From: Candidatus Planktophila sp.
GTDB lineage: Bacteria; Actinomycetota; Actinomycetes; Nanopelagicales; Nanopelagicaceae
Direction: 5' to 3'
NCBI GenBank assembly: GCA_009691135.1
Contig: SHVF01000002.1
Span: 7,067-71,066, forward strand
Length of the DNA stretch: 64,000 nucleotides
Below the pieces are notes generated by a model. The model saw only the letters and a list, made by a program, of their open reading frames with translations, had not been told where the DNA came from and made no database searches. Positions 40,365 through 51,194 of the stretch are shown one piece after another (the first letter of the stretch is position 1; every line of letters begins with the position of its first letter). The translations under genes were made by a program, and so were the position numbers.

Positions 40365-41733
40365 TTGCTAGAGAGAGAAGACCCTTATTTCAATCTTTAA
40401 GGCATATGACATTCGCGGTTTAGTCGATGTAGAAATTACCGCAGACTTTTGCTTTGCTACCGGCGTTGCCTTTGCAAGATTCCTGCAGCAAGAACGCGAA
40501 CCAGGCACAGTCGTAATAGGCGAAGACATGCGCCCATCCTCACCAATTTTTGCTGAGGCATTTTCGGCAGGCGTTACTTCACAAGGTCTAGATGTGATTC
40601 GTATCGGGCTAGCATCAACTGACATGCTTTATTTTGCAGCCGGTAAATTGAATTTTCCTGGTGCAATGTTCACTGCCAGCCATAATCCAGCCGAATATAA
40701 CGGAATCAAATTGTGTCTTAGTGGTGCGCGTCCAATCGGAAAAGAATCCGGCTTGTTAATAATCGAGCGTTTTGTAAATGATGGATCCCCGATAGATTTT
40801 AGAAGCGTGGGAAATGAGCGCGATAGTGAGATGTTGACTGAATATGTTGATCATTTATTGACCCTGGTGGATTTATCCGAGATTCACCAGCTGAAGATAG
40901 TTATTGACGCCGGAAACGGCATGGCCGGACATACTGCGCCAGCTGTATTCGCGCGGCTCAATTGTGAAGTGATTCCTATGTATTACGAATTAGATGGAAC
41001 CTTCCCAAATCACGAAGCAAATCCAATTGACCCTAAGAACCTTAAAGATCTTCAGAAAGCAGTTAAAAAACATAAAGCCGATATCGGTCTTGCCTTCGAT
41101 GGCGATGCCGACCGCTGTTTCTTAGTAGATGAAAGTGGTGATCTTGTAAATCCTTCAACTTTGACCGCTCTGATTGCTGCCCGCGAATTAACCAAGCACC
41201 CTGGCGCTAGCATTATTTATAATTTAATTTCTTCGCGCGCTGTTGTAGAGATTGTGGAAGAAAGTGGTGGAAAGGCAATTCGCTCTCGAGTCGGTCACTC
41301 ATACATAAAGAAGTTGATGGCAGATACCGGAGCTGTTTTTGGTGGCGAACATTCAGGTCATTTCTATTTCAAGGATTTTTGGCGCGCTGATTCTGGAATG
41401 CTGGCAGCTCTGCATGCAATTGCAGCACTTGGGGAAGTAAGCGCTCCTCTGTCTAAGATTTTGAAACCCTATTGTCGCTACGTCGCAAGTGGAGAAATCA
41501 ATTCAGAAGTCTTAGATGCACAAAGTTCGATGAATGAGATTGCGGAAAAATTTGGTGAATCTGTGGGCAATGAAGTTGATCATCTTGATGGATTGACCGT
41601 AAATGGCGATACCTGGTGGTTTAACGTCCGCGCTTCAAATACCGAGCCTTTACTTCGATTAAATGTTGAAGCCAAGACACTAGCACGCATGGAAAAGATA
41701 AGAGATGAGGTGCTCGCCACAATCCGTGGCTAG
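40365..41733 (+). CDS. manB: Phosphomannomutase/phosphoglucomutase; 5' end frameshifted or non-canonical start
   Basis: IFKAYDIRG (in frame from 40393), TASHNP, FDGDADR and GEHSGH motifs. In-frame TAG at 40369 and no canonical start before ATG 40528. Confidence 0.85.
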
Positions 41734-41862
41734 AGTCTAAATAGCCAGTTTGGGTCGGTGCGCGCTAATCTATGCCCAGAGCCACCTAGCAAAGTAGAGC
41801 CCTACGCCTTAGGTAAGCACAGTCCAATCAACTGTTATAAATTACCATTTAGGGAGAAGACC

Positions 41863-43149
41863 ATGAATTCACCAGTTACGACGACACTTCCAAAACACGA
41901 TATCGCTGATGCATCACTTGCAGCCCAGGGTCGCAAGAAGATCGAGTGGGCAGAGCGTAATATGCCTGTACTCGCGCAGATCCGTGAACGCTTCGAGAAG
42001 TCACAGCCATTTACTGGCTTAAGAATCGCTGCATGCATGCACGTTACAGCCGAGACAGCTAACTTGATGCGCGTGTTAAAAGCAGGAGGCGCAGATATTG
42101 CTCTTTGTGCATCAAACCCTCTGTCAACACAAGATGACACAGCAGCAGCGCTTGTTCACGAATACGGAATTTCGGTATTCGCTCGCAATGCAGTTGATCG
42201 TGACGCTTTCTATGCACATATCAATGCTGCCCTGGATATCGAACCTCACCAAGTATTCGATGATGGTTGCGACCTCGTTAACACTCTTCACACAACTCGC
42301 AAGGAACTTCTTCCAAATATCGACGGTGGTTGCGAAGAGACCACAACTGGTGTAATCCGTCTTAACCAAATGGCTAAAGATGGCGCACTTACTTTCCCAA
42401 TGATTGCTGTCAATGACACCGATACCAAGCACATGTTCGACAACCGTTACGGCACAGGTCAATCCACGCTCGACGCTGTCTTCCGTGCGACTAATTTTCT
42501 TCTCGCTGGACGCATCGTCGTCGTAGCCGGATTTGGTTACTGCGGTAAGGGCGTTGCAGAACGTGCAAAGGGCATGGGCGCCGATGTTGTTGTTACTGAA
42601 ATCGACCCAACAAAGGCACTCGATGCCATGATGCAGGGATTCCGCGTCATGCCAATGCTTGATGCTGCCAAGGTTGGCGATGTGTTTATCACTGTTACAG
42701 GTAATCGCGATGTATTGCGTGATGAGCACTTTGCAGTCATGAAAGACGGCGCAATCATGGCTAACTCAGGCCACTTCGATATCGAAATTGATGTTGCATG
42801 GCTTGAACAAAATTCTAAGAAGAAGAATGCAAAGATGCGTCACCAAACTGATGAGTATGTTCTTGCAGACGGTCGCCGCTTACTACTGCTTGCTGAAGGC
42901 CGTTTGGTTAACTTAGGAGCTGCAGAAGGCCACCCAGCATCAGTAATGGATATGTCATTCTCTGATCAAGCGCTAACTGCTGAATACCTAGTTAAGGAAG
43001 CGAAGAATCTTTCAGCAGGTGTTCACAACGTCCCAACTTATATTGATAAGGAAGTTGCTAGCCTGAAATTAATTTCAATGGGCGGACGAATCGATACCTT
43101 AACTCCAGCACAAGATATGTACCTGAGCTCTTGGGAGCACGGTAGCTAA
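41863..43149 (+). CDS. ahcY: Adenosylhomocysteinase (short, insert-less type)
   Basis: SNPLSTQD, EETTTG, KHMFDNRYGTGQS and GRLVNLG..EGHP motifs; GGGAG SD before ATG 41863. Confidence 0.95.
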   Translation: MNSPVTTTLPKHDIADASLAAQGRKKIEWAERNMPVLAQIRERFEKSQPFTGLRIAACMHVTAETANLMRVLKAGGADIALCASNPLSTQDDTAAALVHEYGISVFARNAVDRDAFYAHINAALDIEPHQVFDDGCDLVNTLHTTRKELLPNIDGGCEETTTGVIRLNQMAKDGALTFPMIAVNDTDTKHMFDNRYGTGQSTLDAVFRATNFLLAGRIVVVAGFGYCGKGVAERAKGMGADVVVTEIDPTKALDAMMQGFRVMPMLDAAKVGDVFITVTGNRDVLRDEHFAVMKDGAIMANSGHFDIEIDVAWLEQNSKKKNAKMRHQTDEYVLADGRRLLLLAEGRLVNLGAAEGHPASVMDMSFSDQALTAEYLVKEAKNLSAGVHNVPTYIDKEVASLKLISMGGRIDTLTPAQDMYLSSWEHGS

Positions 43150-43835
43150 TGACCTTAGTAATGGTCGTCGATGACGACCAGGATCTGGCAGAGATGCTCG
43201 GCATAGTTTTAACAGGTGCCGGCATCGACGTAGATCTAGTAAGTCGTGGCGATGAGGTTCTGGAGGTTTTTAGAAATAATCCTCCAGATCTTGTTCTGCT
43301 AGATGTGATGCTTCCCGGTCTCGATGGAATAGAAGTTTGTAAGTTAATTCGCGCCGAATCTATGGTTCCTATCATCATGCTTAGCGCAAAAGGCGACACC
43401 CATGATGTGGTTCTGGGTTTGGAAGCGGGCGCCGATGATTACATGGTTAAGCCATTTCGTCACGCTTCAGAATTAGTTGCTCGAATTAGAACTCGTTTGC
43501 GCCGTACCAATGCAGATGTCTCAGGGTTGCTAACGATTGGTGATCTTTCGATAGATGTTAATGCTCACGAAATTATTCGCGGTGATAAGAAAATTGCACT
43601 TACCCGATTAGAGTTTGATCTCTTGGTCGCACTCGCCAAAGAACCCGGCAGAGTTTTTTCTCGCGATGCATTGCTCGATGAAGTTTGGGGATATCGCCAC
43701 TCAACTGATACCCGGTTAGTAAACGTTCACGTACAGCGTTTGCGTTCAAAAGTTGAGCATGATCCAGAGCGCCCCGCAATTGTCATGACAGTTCGCGGAG
43801 TTGGATATAAAGCTGGAGTTTCGGGCGGTTCTTAG
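43149..43835 (+). CDS. mtrA: OmpR-family response regulator MtrA
   Basis: LAEMLGIVL and WGYRHSTDTRLVNVHVQRLRSKVE motifs. Confidence 0.94.
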   Translation: MTLVMVVDDDQDLAEMLGIVLTGAGIDVDLVSRGDEVLEVFRNNPPDLVLLDVMLPGLDGIEVCKLIRAESMVPIIMLSAKGDTHDVVLGLEAGADDYMVKPFRHASELVARIRTRLRRTNADVSGLLTIGDLSIDVNAHEIIRGDKKIALTRLEFDLLVALAKEPGRVFSRDALLDEVWGYRHSTDTRLVNVHVQRLRSKVEHDPERPAIVMTVRGVGYKAGVSGGS

Positions 43836-43836
43836 A

Positions 43837-45411
43837 ATGAACCGCATAGTCAAGAAAGTCAGAACTTCATTGGCTTCTAAAGTTATCGTTTCAACAATTC
43901 TGCTCTCACTAGGCGTTGTTTGGATAACTGGATCTGCCCTGTATTCGCAATTATCTGCTGGCGTAAAGCAGGTAAATCTCGAAACATCTCTAGCTGAGGC
44001 ACGCTCTTCATTTTTCAACGCGCAGTATCAGTTCTTATTAGTAGACGGGGCCAAAAGTTCAATTATTACTAAGACCGTGCAAGAAATCATTGTTGCTTCA
44101 ACTGCAGTTAGTCTTAATCAAGATCGCAAATCCATCTTTTTAAGTCGTTTTGGTTCAGTCCTTGATTCTGGTTCAAAAATCGTGGTAATTGACTACAGCA
44201 CTGTGACTGATGAACTAGATGTCTCATCAGTTCCCACCGAATTGCGTAAGCGAGTTCGGGCTAGCGATTTAGTCGAATATAAATATGCCAAAGTTAGTTA
44301 TAAGAATCGCGCAGATGCAGACGTTTTAATTGCAGGTCGCAGAATTGCGATTCCTGATTCTGGAAACTATGAGATGTATCTGGTTTATTCACTAACCAAC
44401 CAGAACACAACTCTGGCGCTGATAACTAACTCATTGCTGGTCACTGGCTTTGCTCTGCTATTTCTGATCGGTTTAATTACTTGGCTTGTTGTGCGACAGG
44501 TTGTAAAGCCAGTACGTGAAGCCGCTCGTATCGCTCAACAATTTACTAAAGGTGATTTCTCACAGCGCATGCAAGTTGAGAGCTCTGATGAAATTGCCAC
44601 CTTAGGAACTGCATTTAACGACATGGCGCTCTCCTTGGAATCGCAGATTTCCCGATTAGAGAATTTATCTCGCGTCCAGCAAAGATTTGTATCTGATGTA
44701 TCGCATGAGCTGCGTACCCCGCTAACGACATTGCGAATGGCATCAGAAGTTATCTATAGCCAACGGGCAAACTTTGACCCCACTATTACGCGGAGTTCAG
44801 AATTACTTGTTGCACAGTTAGACCGATTCGAAGGCCTGCTGGAAGATCTACTTGAGATCAGTCGATTCGACGCTGAAGTTGCAGTGCTTGAACCAGCCGA
44901 CTTTGACCTGGTTAGTCTGACTAAGCGCTGCATCGCGGATTTGCTTGGAAATGAAAATGGCCATCAATCAGTCATTAATATTGACTACGCGACTGAGCAG
45001 GTAATGATTAAGGCAGATATTCGCCGGGTAGAGCGAATCATGCGCAATTTGTTATCTAATGCCTTGGATCATGCAGAAGATAAACCAGTAGATGTAACGA
45101 TTATCTCGACAAGCACCGAAGTTGGTGTCGGAGTTCGCGATCATGGCGCCGGAATTGAACCTTCGGTTCTCTCACGGGTATTTGATCGTTTTTGGCGCGC
45201 GGATCCTTCACGTGCTCGGGTACGTGGAGGTACCGGACTTGGACTATCGATCGCACTGGAAGATGCGCGCCTACATAATGGTGAACTAGATGCTTGGGGA
45301 GCACCAGGTTTCGGCGCACATTTTGTGATGACCTTGCCACGAATTGCCGGCGAGCAAATAAGCGGACGTCCAATTCGCTCACAACCTATTGATTATCCTC
45401 AGGCCGATTAA
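43837..45411 (+). CDS. mtrB: Sensor histidine kinase MtrB
   Basis: HAMP domain; FVSDVSHELRTPL and RFWRADPSRAR.GGTGLGL motifs. Confidence 0.92.
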   Translation: MNRIVKKVRTSLASKVIVSTILLSLGVVWITGSALYSQLSAGVKQVNLETSLAEARSSFFNAQYQFLLVDGAKSSIITKTVQEIIVASTAVSLNQDRKSIFLSRFGSVLDSGSKIVVIDYSTVTDELDVSSVPTELRKRVRASDLVEYKYAKVSYKNRADADVLIAGRRIAIPDSGNYEMYLVYSLTNQNTTLALITNSLLVTGFALLFLIGLITWLVVRQVVKPVREAARIAQQFTKGDFSQRMQVESSDEIATLGTAFNDMALSLESQISRLENLSRVQQRFVSDVSHELRTPLTTLRMASEVIYSQRANFDPTITRSSELLVAQLDRFEGLLEDLLEISRFDAEVAVLEPADFDLVSLTKRCIADLLGNENGHQSVINIDYATEQVMIKADIRRVERIMRNLLSNALDHAEDKPVDVTIISTSTEVGVGVRDHGAGIEPSVLSRVFDRFWRADPSRARVRGGTGLGLSIALEDARLHNGELDAWGAPGFGAHFVMTLPRIAGEQISGRPIRSQPIDYPQAD

Positions 45412-45451
45412 AAACTCTATAGATTTCTAATCTTTATTGCAGGATTTGGCA

Positions 45452-46135
45452 ATGAAGAAATCTGCGATTAAAAATTTAGCTGACTTAATCTTTCCATCCC
45501 GATGTATTGGTTGTTCTCAACTTGGAATTTCAATCTGTTCAAATTGCAGAAGCAGTTGGCATCCTCATACTTATCTCCGTGAAGTAAGCGTGGAAGGCAG
45601 TTGTTATCCTGTTGTATCTTCAGTTCAATACTCGCCAGTGGCTTCACGAGTTTTGTTAAGTGCCAAAGAGTCAAATGTTGCAGCTGCAGATAAATTACTT
45701 ATTGACGCAATTTCTCACTCGCTGAGCTATTTCGTAAAACGTTTTGGAGGCACGACTTTAATTGCAATTCCATCACGCCGATCTGCTACAAGAAAGCGAG
45801 GGCGCAATTTTCTCAGTCAAATTACATCGGAGGTTGCTAGAATTTCTGAAAATGAAATCTTATTTATTGATACACAATTATTAGTACATTCCAGATCTGT
45901 TAAAGATCAATCTGCACTTAACTCAAAGCAACGATTATCAAACGTTTCGGGCGCCCTAGTAGTACCTAGCAAGTTCAAACCCAGAAGTAGCGGTGGGAAT
46001 ATTGGTCCACTGATCATTGTTGATGATCTAATAACCACCGGGGCGACCCTGGCGGAAGCGATACGGGCTTTGCGCACCGCGGGTTTTGAGGTCAAAGGTG
46101 CGGTAACAGGTGCTGTTGCCAAACCCCTACGATAA
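45452..46135 (+). CDS. comF: ComF family phosphoribosyltransferase-like protein
   Basis: CxxC...CxxC, RG.N and IVDDLITTGATL motifs. Confidence 0.85.
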   Translation: MKKSAIKNLADLIFPSRCIGCSQLGISICSNCRSSWHPHTYLREVSVEGSCYPVVSSVQYSPVASRVLLSAKESNVAAADKLLIDAISHSLSYFVKRFGGTTLIAIPSRRSATRKRGRNFLSQITSEVARISENEILFIDTQLLVHSRSVKDQSALNSKQRLSNVSGALVVPSKFKPRSSGGNIGPLIIVDDLITTGATLAEAIRALRTAGFEVKGAVTGAVAKPLR

Positions 46136-46163
46136 GGGGGTTGATTTGAGAATGGGAGCGTAA

Positions 46164-48836
46164 ATGTCGAAGATTATTGATCGGATCATGCGAGCAGGCG
46201 AAGGCAAAATTCTTCGCGATCTCAGCAAGGTCGTAGATCAAGTCAACGCATTTGAGCCTGCTATTTCTCCACTCTCTGATGAGAGTCTGCGAGCAAAGAC
46301 CGCCGAATTAAAATCTCGATTTGCCGATGGTGCAAGCCTTGATGATTTACTACCTGAAGCATTCGCAGTAATTCGCGAAGCAGCAAAAAGAACTCTCGGA
46401 CAGCGTCACTACGATGTTCAGATTATGGGTGGAGCCGCACTTCATCGTGGGAATATCGCGGAAATGCGCACCGGTGAAGGAAAGACTTTGGTTGCCACAC
46501 TTCCTTCTTACTTAAATGCACTCGCTGGCCGCGGTGTTCACGTAGTCACGGTTAATGATTATCTCGCCGAACGCGATAGCGAATGGATGGGACGTATTCA
46601 CCGCTTCTTAGGTTTAAGTGTTGGAGTAATCGTAAATAGCATGACCCCTGCTGAACGTCGTGCGGCTTATAACTCTGACATAACGTATGGCACAAATAAT
46701 GAATTTGGTTTTGATTACCTACGTGACAACATGGCTTGGTCTCTCGAAGATTGCGTTCAGCGAGGTCACTTCTTTGCAGTAGTTGATGAAGTCGACTCCA
46801 TTTTGATCGACGAGGCGAGAACTCCTTTGATTATCAGTGGCCCGGCTGATAAAGCAACCAAGTGGTACGTCGAATTTGCCAATATTGCAGATAAACTACA
46901 ACGTAATACTCACTACGAAGTAGATGAGAAGAAAAAGACTGTTGGAATCCTAGAAGATGGCGTTTCCAAAGTAGAAGAACTACTAAAGATAGAAAACCTT
47001 TACGAAGCGGCAAATACAACACTAATTGGTTACTTAAATAACTCTGTACGCGCTAAGGAACTTTTTAAGCGTGATAAAGATTATGTTGTCATGAATGGCG
47101 AGCTTTTAATCGTTGACGAGCACACTGGCCGCATGTTGGCTGGGCGCCGCTACAGCGAAGGCCTGCACCAAGCGCTCGAAGCAAAAGAACGCATTGATAT
47201 TAAAGATGAAAACCAGACGCTAGCCACGATCACTCTGCAGAATTATTTCCGCTTATATAAAAAGATTTCAGGTATGACCGGTACTGCGATGACTGAAGCA
47301 TCTGAATTCCATCAGATCTACAGACTCGGCGTGGTTCCAATCCCAACCAACCGCCCGATGCAGCGTATAGATCAAGCAGATCTGGTCTATAAGACCGAAC
47401 TCGGGAAATTTATGGCAGTTACTAAAGATATTGTCGAACGCCATCGCAAGGGTCAACCAGTTCTTGTCGGAACTGTTTCAGTTGAAAAATCTGAAGAACT
47501 TTCCGCGCTACTTAAGAAATCTGGCATTCCTCACGAAGTTCTAAATGCTAAACATCATGAACGTGAAGCATCAATCATCGCGCGCGCTGGTGTCGCGGGC
47601 GCGGTTACCGTTGCCACAAATATGGCAGGTCGAGGAACAGACATCATGCTCGGTGGTAACCCAGAATTTATGGCTGACTTTGAACTGCAACGTCGTGGAC
47701 TTTCGCCAGTTGATAATCCAACTGAATACGAAGCAGCATGGCCAGATGAAATTACTAAACAGAAAGGCGCTGTTGCAAAGGGCCATGAAGAAGTGATCAC
47801 ACTTGGCGGGCTTTACGTTCTCGGTACCGAACGTCACGAATCGCGTCGTATCGATAATCAGCTACGTGGTCGCTCTGGTCGCCAAGGCGATCCAGGTGAA
47901 TCTCGCTTCTATCTCTCGCTACAAGATGAGCTGATGCGTCGCTTTAATTCGGCGCTAGTTGAACGTTTCTTATCTGCCGCAGGTCTGCCAGATGATTCAC
48001 CTATCGAATCAAAGATGGTTAGCAATGCAATTCGCTCAGCCCAGACCCAAGTTGAAGCCCAAAACTTTGAAATCCGTAAGAACGTTTTGAAGTATGACGA
48101 TGTCATGAACCGCCAGCGCGAAGTTATTTATGGTGAGCGCCGCTTGGTTCTAGAAGGCGAAGATATTTCACCTCAAGTGCAAACATTTTTGGCCGATACC
48201 TTGGTTGCCTATGTTACGGCCGAAACCGCACAAGGCTTTGGTGAGGATTGGGATCTAGATCGACTCTGGCAGGCTTTAAAACTGGTCTATCCAATCTCGT
48301 TTACTCCCGATGAGCTCATCGCCAAAGTTGGCTCACGAGCAGCGATTGATTCAGAATATTTGTCAGCAGAAATTTTGGAAGATGCCACAGTTGCATATGA
48401 AAAGCGCCAAGTAGATCTTGGCGCCGAAGTCATGCGCGAACTTGAGCGAAAAGTATTGCTCTCGGTATTAGATCGTAAATGGCGTGAACATCTCTATGAG
48501 ATGGACTATTTGCAAGAAGGAATCGGTCTGCGCGCAATGGCACAACGCGATCCGCTGGTTGAATACCAACGTGAAGGCTACGAACTATTTTCTGCGATGA
48601 TGGATGGAATTAAGGAAGAGCTTGCTAGTTTGGTATTTAACGTTCAGGTATCTGTTGAAGGCGATGGATCTGAGGTAAAGGCCGCTGGTATTTCAGAGAA
48701 GCCAACAAACGTGGCCGCTCTGCAATACACCGCCGCTGATGAATCAGGGATTTCAAATAAGGGTGACGTTTCCAGAAATAGCCCATGCCCCTGCGGTTCA
48801 GGTAAGAAATACAAACGATGCCATGGTGGTGCTTAA
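46164..48836 (+). CDS. secA: Preprotein translocase ATPase SecA
   Basis: [23 protein letters not shown] and SEC-C ([14 protein letters not shown]) motifs. Confidence 0.98.
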   Translation: MSKIIDRIMRAGEGKILRDLSKVVDQVNAFEPAISPLSDESLRAKTAELKSRFADGASLDDLLPEAFAVIREAAKRTLGQRHYDVQIMGGAALHRGNIAEMRTGEGKTLVATLPSYLNALAGRGVHVVTVNDYLAERDSEWMGRIHRFLGLSVGVIVNSMTPAERRAAYNSDITYGTNNEFGFDYLRDNMAWSLEDCVQRGHFFAVVDEVDSILIDEARTPLIISGPADKATKWYVEFANIADKLQRNTHYEVDEKKKTVGILEDGVSKVEELLKIENLYEAANTTLIGYLNNSVRAKELFKRDKDYVVMNGELLIVDEHTGRMLAGRRYSEGLHQALEAKERIDIKDENQTLATITLQNYFRLYKKISGMTGTAMTEASEFHQIYRLGVVPIPTNRPMQRIDQADLVYKTELGKFMAVTKDIVERHRKGQPVLVGTVSVEKSEELSALLKKSGIPHEVLNAKHHEREASIIARAGVAGAVTVATNMAGRGTDIMLGGNPEFMADFELQRRGLSPVDNPTEYEAAWPDEITKQKGAVAKGHEEVITLGGLYVLGTERHESRRIDNQLRGRSGRQGDPGESRFYLSLQDELMRRFNSALVERFLSAAGLPDDSPIESKMVSNAIRSAQTQVEAQNFEIRKNVLKYDDVMNRQREVIYGERRLVLEGEDISPQVQTFLADTLVAYVTAETAQGFGEDWDLDRLWQALKLVYPISFTPDELIAKVGSRAAIDSEYLSAEILEDATVAYEKRQVDLGAEVMRELERKVLLSVLDRKWREHLYEMDYLQEGIGLRAMAQRDPLVEYQREGYELFSAMMDGIKEELASLVFNVQVSVEGDGSEVKAAGISEKPTNVAALQYTAADESGISNKGDVSRNSPCPCGSGKKYKRCHGGA

Positions 48837-49372
48837 AGTAATTTAAGTTCAGTACATAACCAGCGCTGATCAACACCTTCAAATCTAATAACCATGGCGC
48901 GCAGCCTCTCACCATAACGAACTGTCACAGTTGATTCACAAATGCCATCAAGTGGTTGGCTCTGATGAATACTTCTAATCCGTCCAATCTCTTTTTGACT
49001 TCCAACCTGCTTAAGTAATTGCATGTAAATATGGCGATGGCATCTAGATATCAGCTGTGCTGGTTGGCGCCGGCCAGCCCATATTTCAATAACACTTACC
49101 GCAAATTTCATTGTCCAGATATGCAGTTCGGGTAACTCTTGGGCTGATGTCGGCACCGGTTCAAATCCAGTTTCGTACTCTTCTCCGAAACTGGTGGGGA
49201 CTAGATATAACTTGGCTTTTTGAGTTGGAAGGGGGGTGGCTCTGCGTTTTGCTGCAATCTCAGATAGCGAATAAAGATCTAACTGCGGATGGCTCCACAT
49301 CGCAGGATCTTCGTTGCTAGAAACCAATTGCAGGGTTTGCTTCATAGGAAGTGGTAAGAATTGTGTAGTCAT
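48833..49372 (-). CDS. Rv3235 family protein
   Basis: [10 protein letters not shown] and R.RAM.IR.E....RWLCT motifs; convergent on secA as in actinomycetes. Confidence 0.85.
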   Translation of the reverse strand: MTTQFLPLPMKQTLQLVSSNEDPAMWSHPQLDLYSLSEIAAKRRATPLPTQKAKLYLVPTSFGEEYETGFEPVPTSAQELPELHIWTMKFAVSVIEIWAGRRQPAQLISRCHRHIYMQLLKQVGSQKEIGRIRSIHQSQPLDGICESTVTVRYGERLRAMVIRFEGVDQRWLCTELKLL

Positions 49373-49496
49373 GGGCGCACTTTTGTATCGGCCGCCTATT
49401 TAATAATCATCTGCATGGATGAAATCAACTCATCCACAAGGATGACTGTTGATAGAGCGTGCTGAAATTTCGCAAAATGTTCTTTGCTTCGCCACT

Positions 49497-50096
49497 ATGA
49501 ATCATTCAAGTAAGACATCTCAAACTCGCCTAGTTGTTGCAGTCTCTCTCTTTGCAGCTGCGCTAATTTCTGCGATGGCCCTAACTGCTCTGGGGAATCA
49601 GAGCGATACATATTGGGTGGCCAGCAAAATTCTGACGCCGGGAGCACAAATCAGTGAATCTGATCTGGCTCAAGTTCAAGTCTCGTTGGGTGCAAGCAGT
49701 AGAGATTACCTCGCCAAAGATTCATCACCCATTGGCACATATGTGCTACATGCAATCGGAAAAGGTGAACTGATTTCCATCAACGCGTTAAGTGATACCT
49801 CGCGTGAGATGAGATCAGAACAGGTTCCCATTTCGGTGCGGGGCAGTGATATTCCGAGTGACATTGAGCTAGGGGAGGCAATTAATATCTATTGGGTTCC
49901 CGAAGCGATGGGGATGCAGAAAGTTGGCGAACCGGCTCTGGTTATATCGGGGGCGTACTTACGTTCAATCGATCGCAAAAGTGCAAACTTTGGCACTGAT
50001 GTTGCATTAACAATATCTGTATTTAGCCGTGAAATTTTTGCCTTGCTAAGTGCCACGTCTACAGGTCGACTCGTCGTCGTACGTTCTAATGGATAG
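49497..50096 (+). CDS. SAF-domain (CpaB/FlgA-like) membrane-anchored protein
   Basis: N-terminal TM followed by WVA...LTPG..I...DL and IGKGELI SAF pattern. Confidence 0.7.
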   Translation: MNHSSKTSQTRLVVAVSLFAAALISAMALTALGNQSDTYWVASKILTPGAQISESDLAQVQVSLGASSRDYLAKDSSPIGTYVLHAIGKGELISINALSDTSREMRSEQVPISVRGSDIPSDIELGEAINIYWVPEAMGMQKVGEPALVISGAYLRSIDRKSANFGTDVALTISVFSREIFALLSATSTGRLVVVRSNG

Positions 50097-51168
50097 CTTG
50101 GCTACACCTGCAGTAATTACTGCAATTGCAGATCCAGATTTTGAAGGAGTTATCTCTAGCGCACTATTTAGCCAAGGCTGGAGTGTTATCGCTAGAACAC
50201 TTGATATGAACTCACTAGAGATTGAAATATCCAAATGTGATGTCAGCCAAGTAATTCTTATCTACTCATCTGATTTGCCAGGAATATCGGTAGCGCGCTT
50301 GCAGGAAATAACCAGAAGTGGCGTAACTCTTTTTGGTTTTGCCGATGCTGTAGGTAGCGCACAAGGTTTGCCAGATATTTCACCCAGGCCAACTTCTTCG
50401 GCGGAGCTACTGGCCTACATACGTGGAAATATTAGATCTCCGCATCTTCGCACTCCCTTGATGCAGCCAGTACCAAATCTACATGCGAAGATAATTGGAG
50501 TTGGATCCGCATCTCACTCAACTGGTAATACCGTTCTTGTGTTAAATCTTGCCCAAGAATCTGCTTTATTGGGAATGAGGACTCTTCTTATCGATGCAAA
50601 TTTTCAATCACCCGCAATTGCAACATTACTGGACTTACGCAAAGTATCGGATGAGAACAAATGGCGAGACATATCCGAAAACCTATCTGTTTCAGAAATT
50701 ACTCAACAGAAAGCACCCGGTTTCAACGTATTGGCGATAGATGCAGCGGCATATTTTGATCTTATTTATATCGACCTAGGAACGTTAGCCAATCTCTCGA
50801 GCGATTTAACAGACCGTAGATGGGCTTCGCAAGTAAAGATTTGGGTTTCTAACCTGGCACAAAATATGATAATTACTTCAACTACCGAGCTATTGCAACA
50901 GAGGAGACTGAAGGATTTGCAGCAAGATCTATCCAAGATCTCGATAGTACCAAATATTTCTCTGGCAGTGCTAAGTGTGACCGAACTTAGGAAAAGAGAC
51001 AGTCCTATTTTTACCAATACTTACCCGATGTCTCATGTATGGCAAATTCCAAATGATGCCCGTTCATGTTCTCTGGCAATGAGGGAGCGGACAACGCTTG
51101 CGCAAGTTAGCGCCAAGTCTGCCTTACGCAAGGCGTTCTTAAATATTGCAATCCAAATTACTGACTGA
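50089..51168 (+). CDS. Degenerate MinD/ParA/CpaE-like P-loop protein with receiver-like N-terminus
   Basis: GSASHSTGNT..LNLAQE, LLIDAN and IYIDLG motifs. Confidence 0.65.
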   Translation: MDSLATPAVITAIADPDFEGVISSALFSQGWSVIARTLDMNSLEIEISKCDVSQVILIYSSDLPGISVARLQEITRSGVTLFGFADAVGSAQGLPDISPRPTSSAELLAYIRGNIRSPHLRTPLMQPVPNLHAKIIGVGSASHSTGNTVLVLNLAQESALLGMRTLLIDANFQSPAIATLLDLRKVSDENKWRDISENLSVSEITQQKAPGFNVLAIDAAAYFDLIYIDLGTLANLSSDLTDRRWASQVKIWVSNLAQNMIITSTTELLQQRRLKDLQQDLSKISIVPNISLAVLSVTELRKRDSPIFTNTYPMSHVWQIPNDARSCSLAMRERTTLAQVSAKSALRKAFLNIAIQITD

Positions 51169-51194
51169 GCGCTTTCTCTTATACCCTAAGCCTT

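Noticed and set aside
41734-41862. Canonical SAH or SAM riboswitch upstream of ahcY
   Set aside because: Consensus cores not found by eye; kept only as a candidate novel element.
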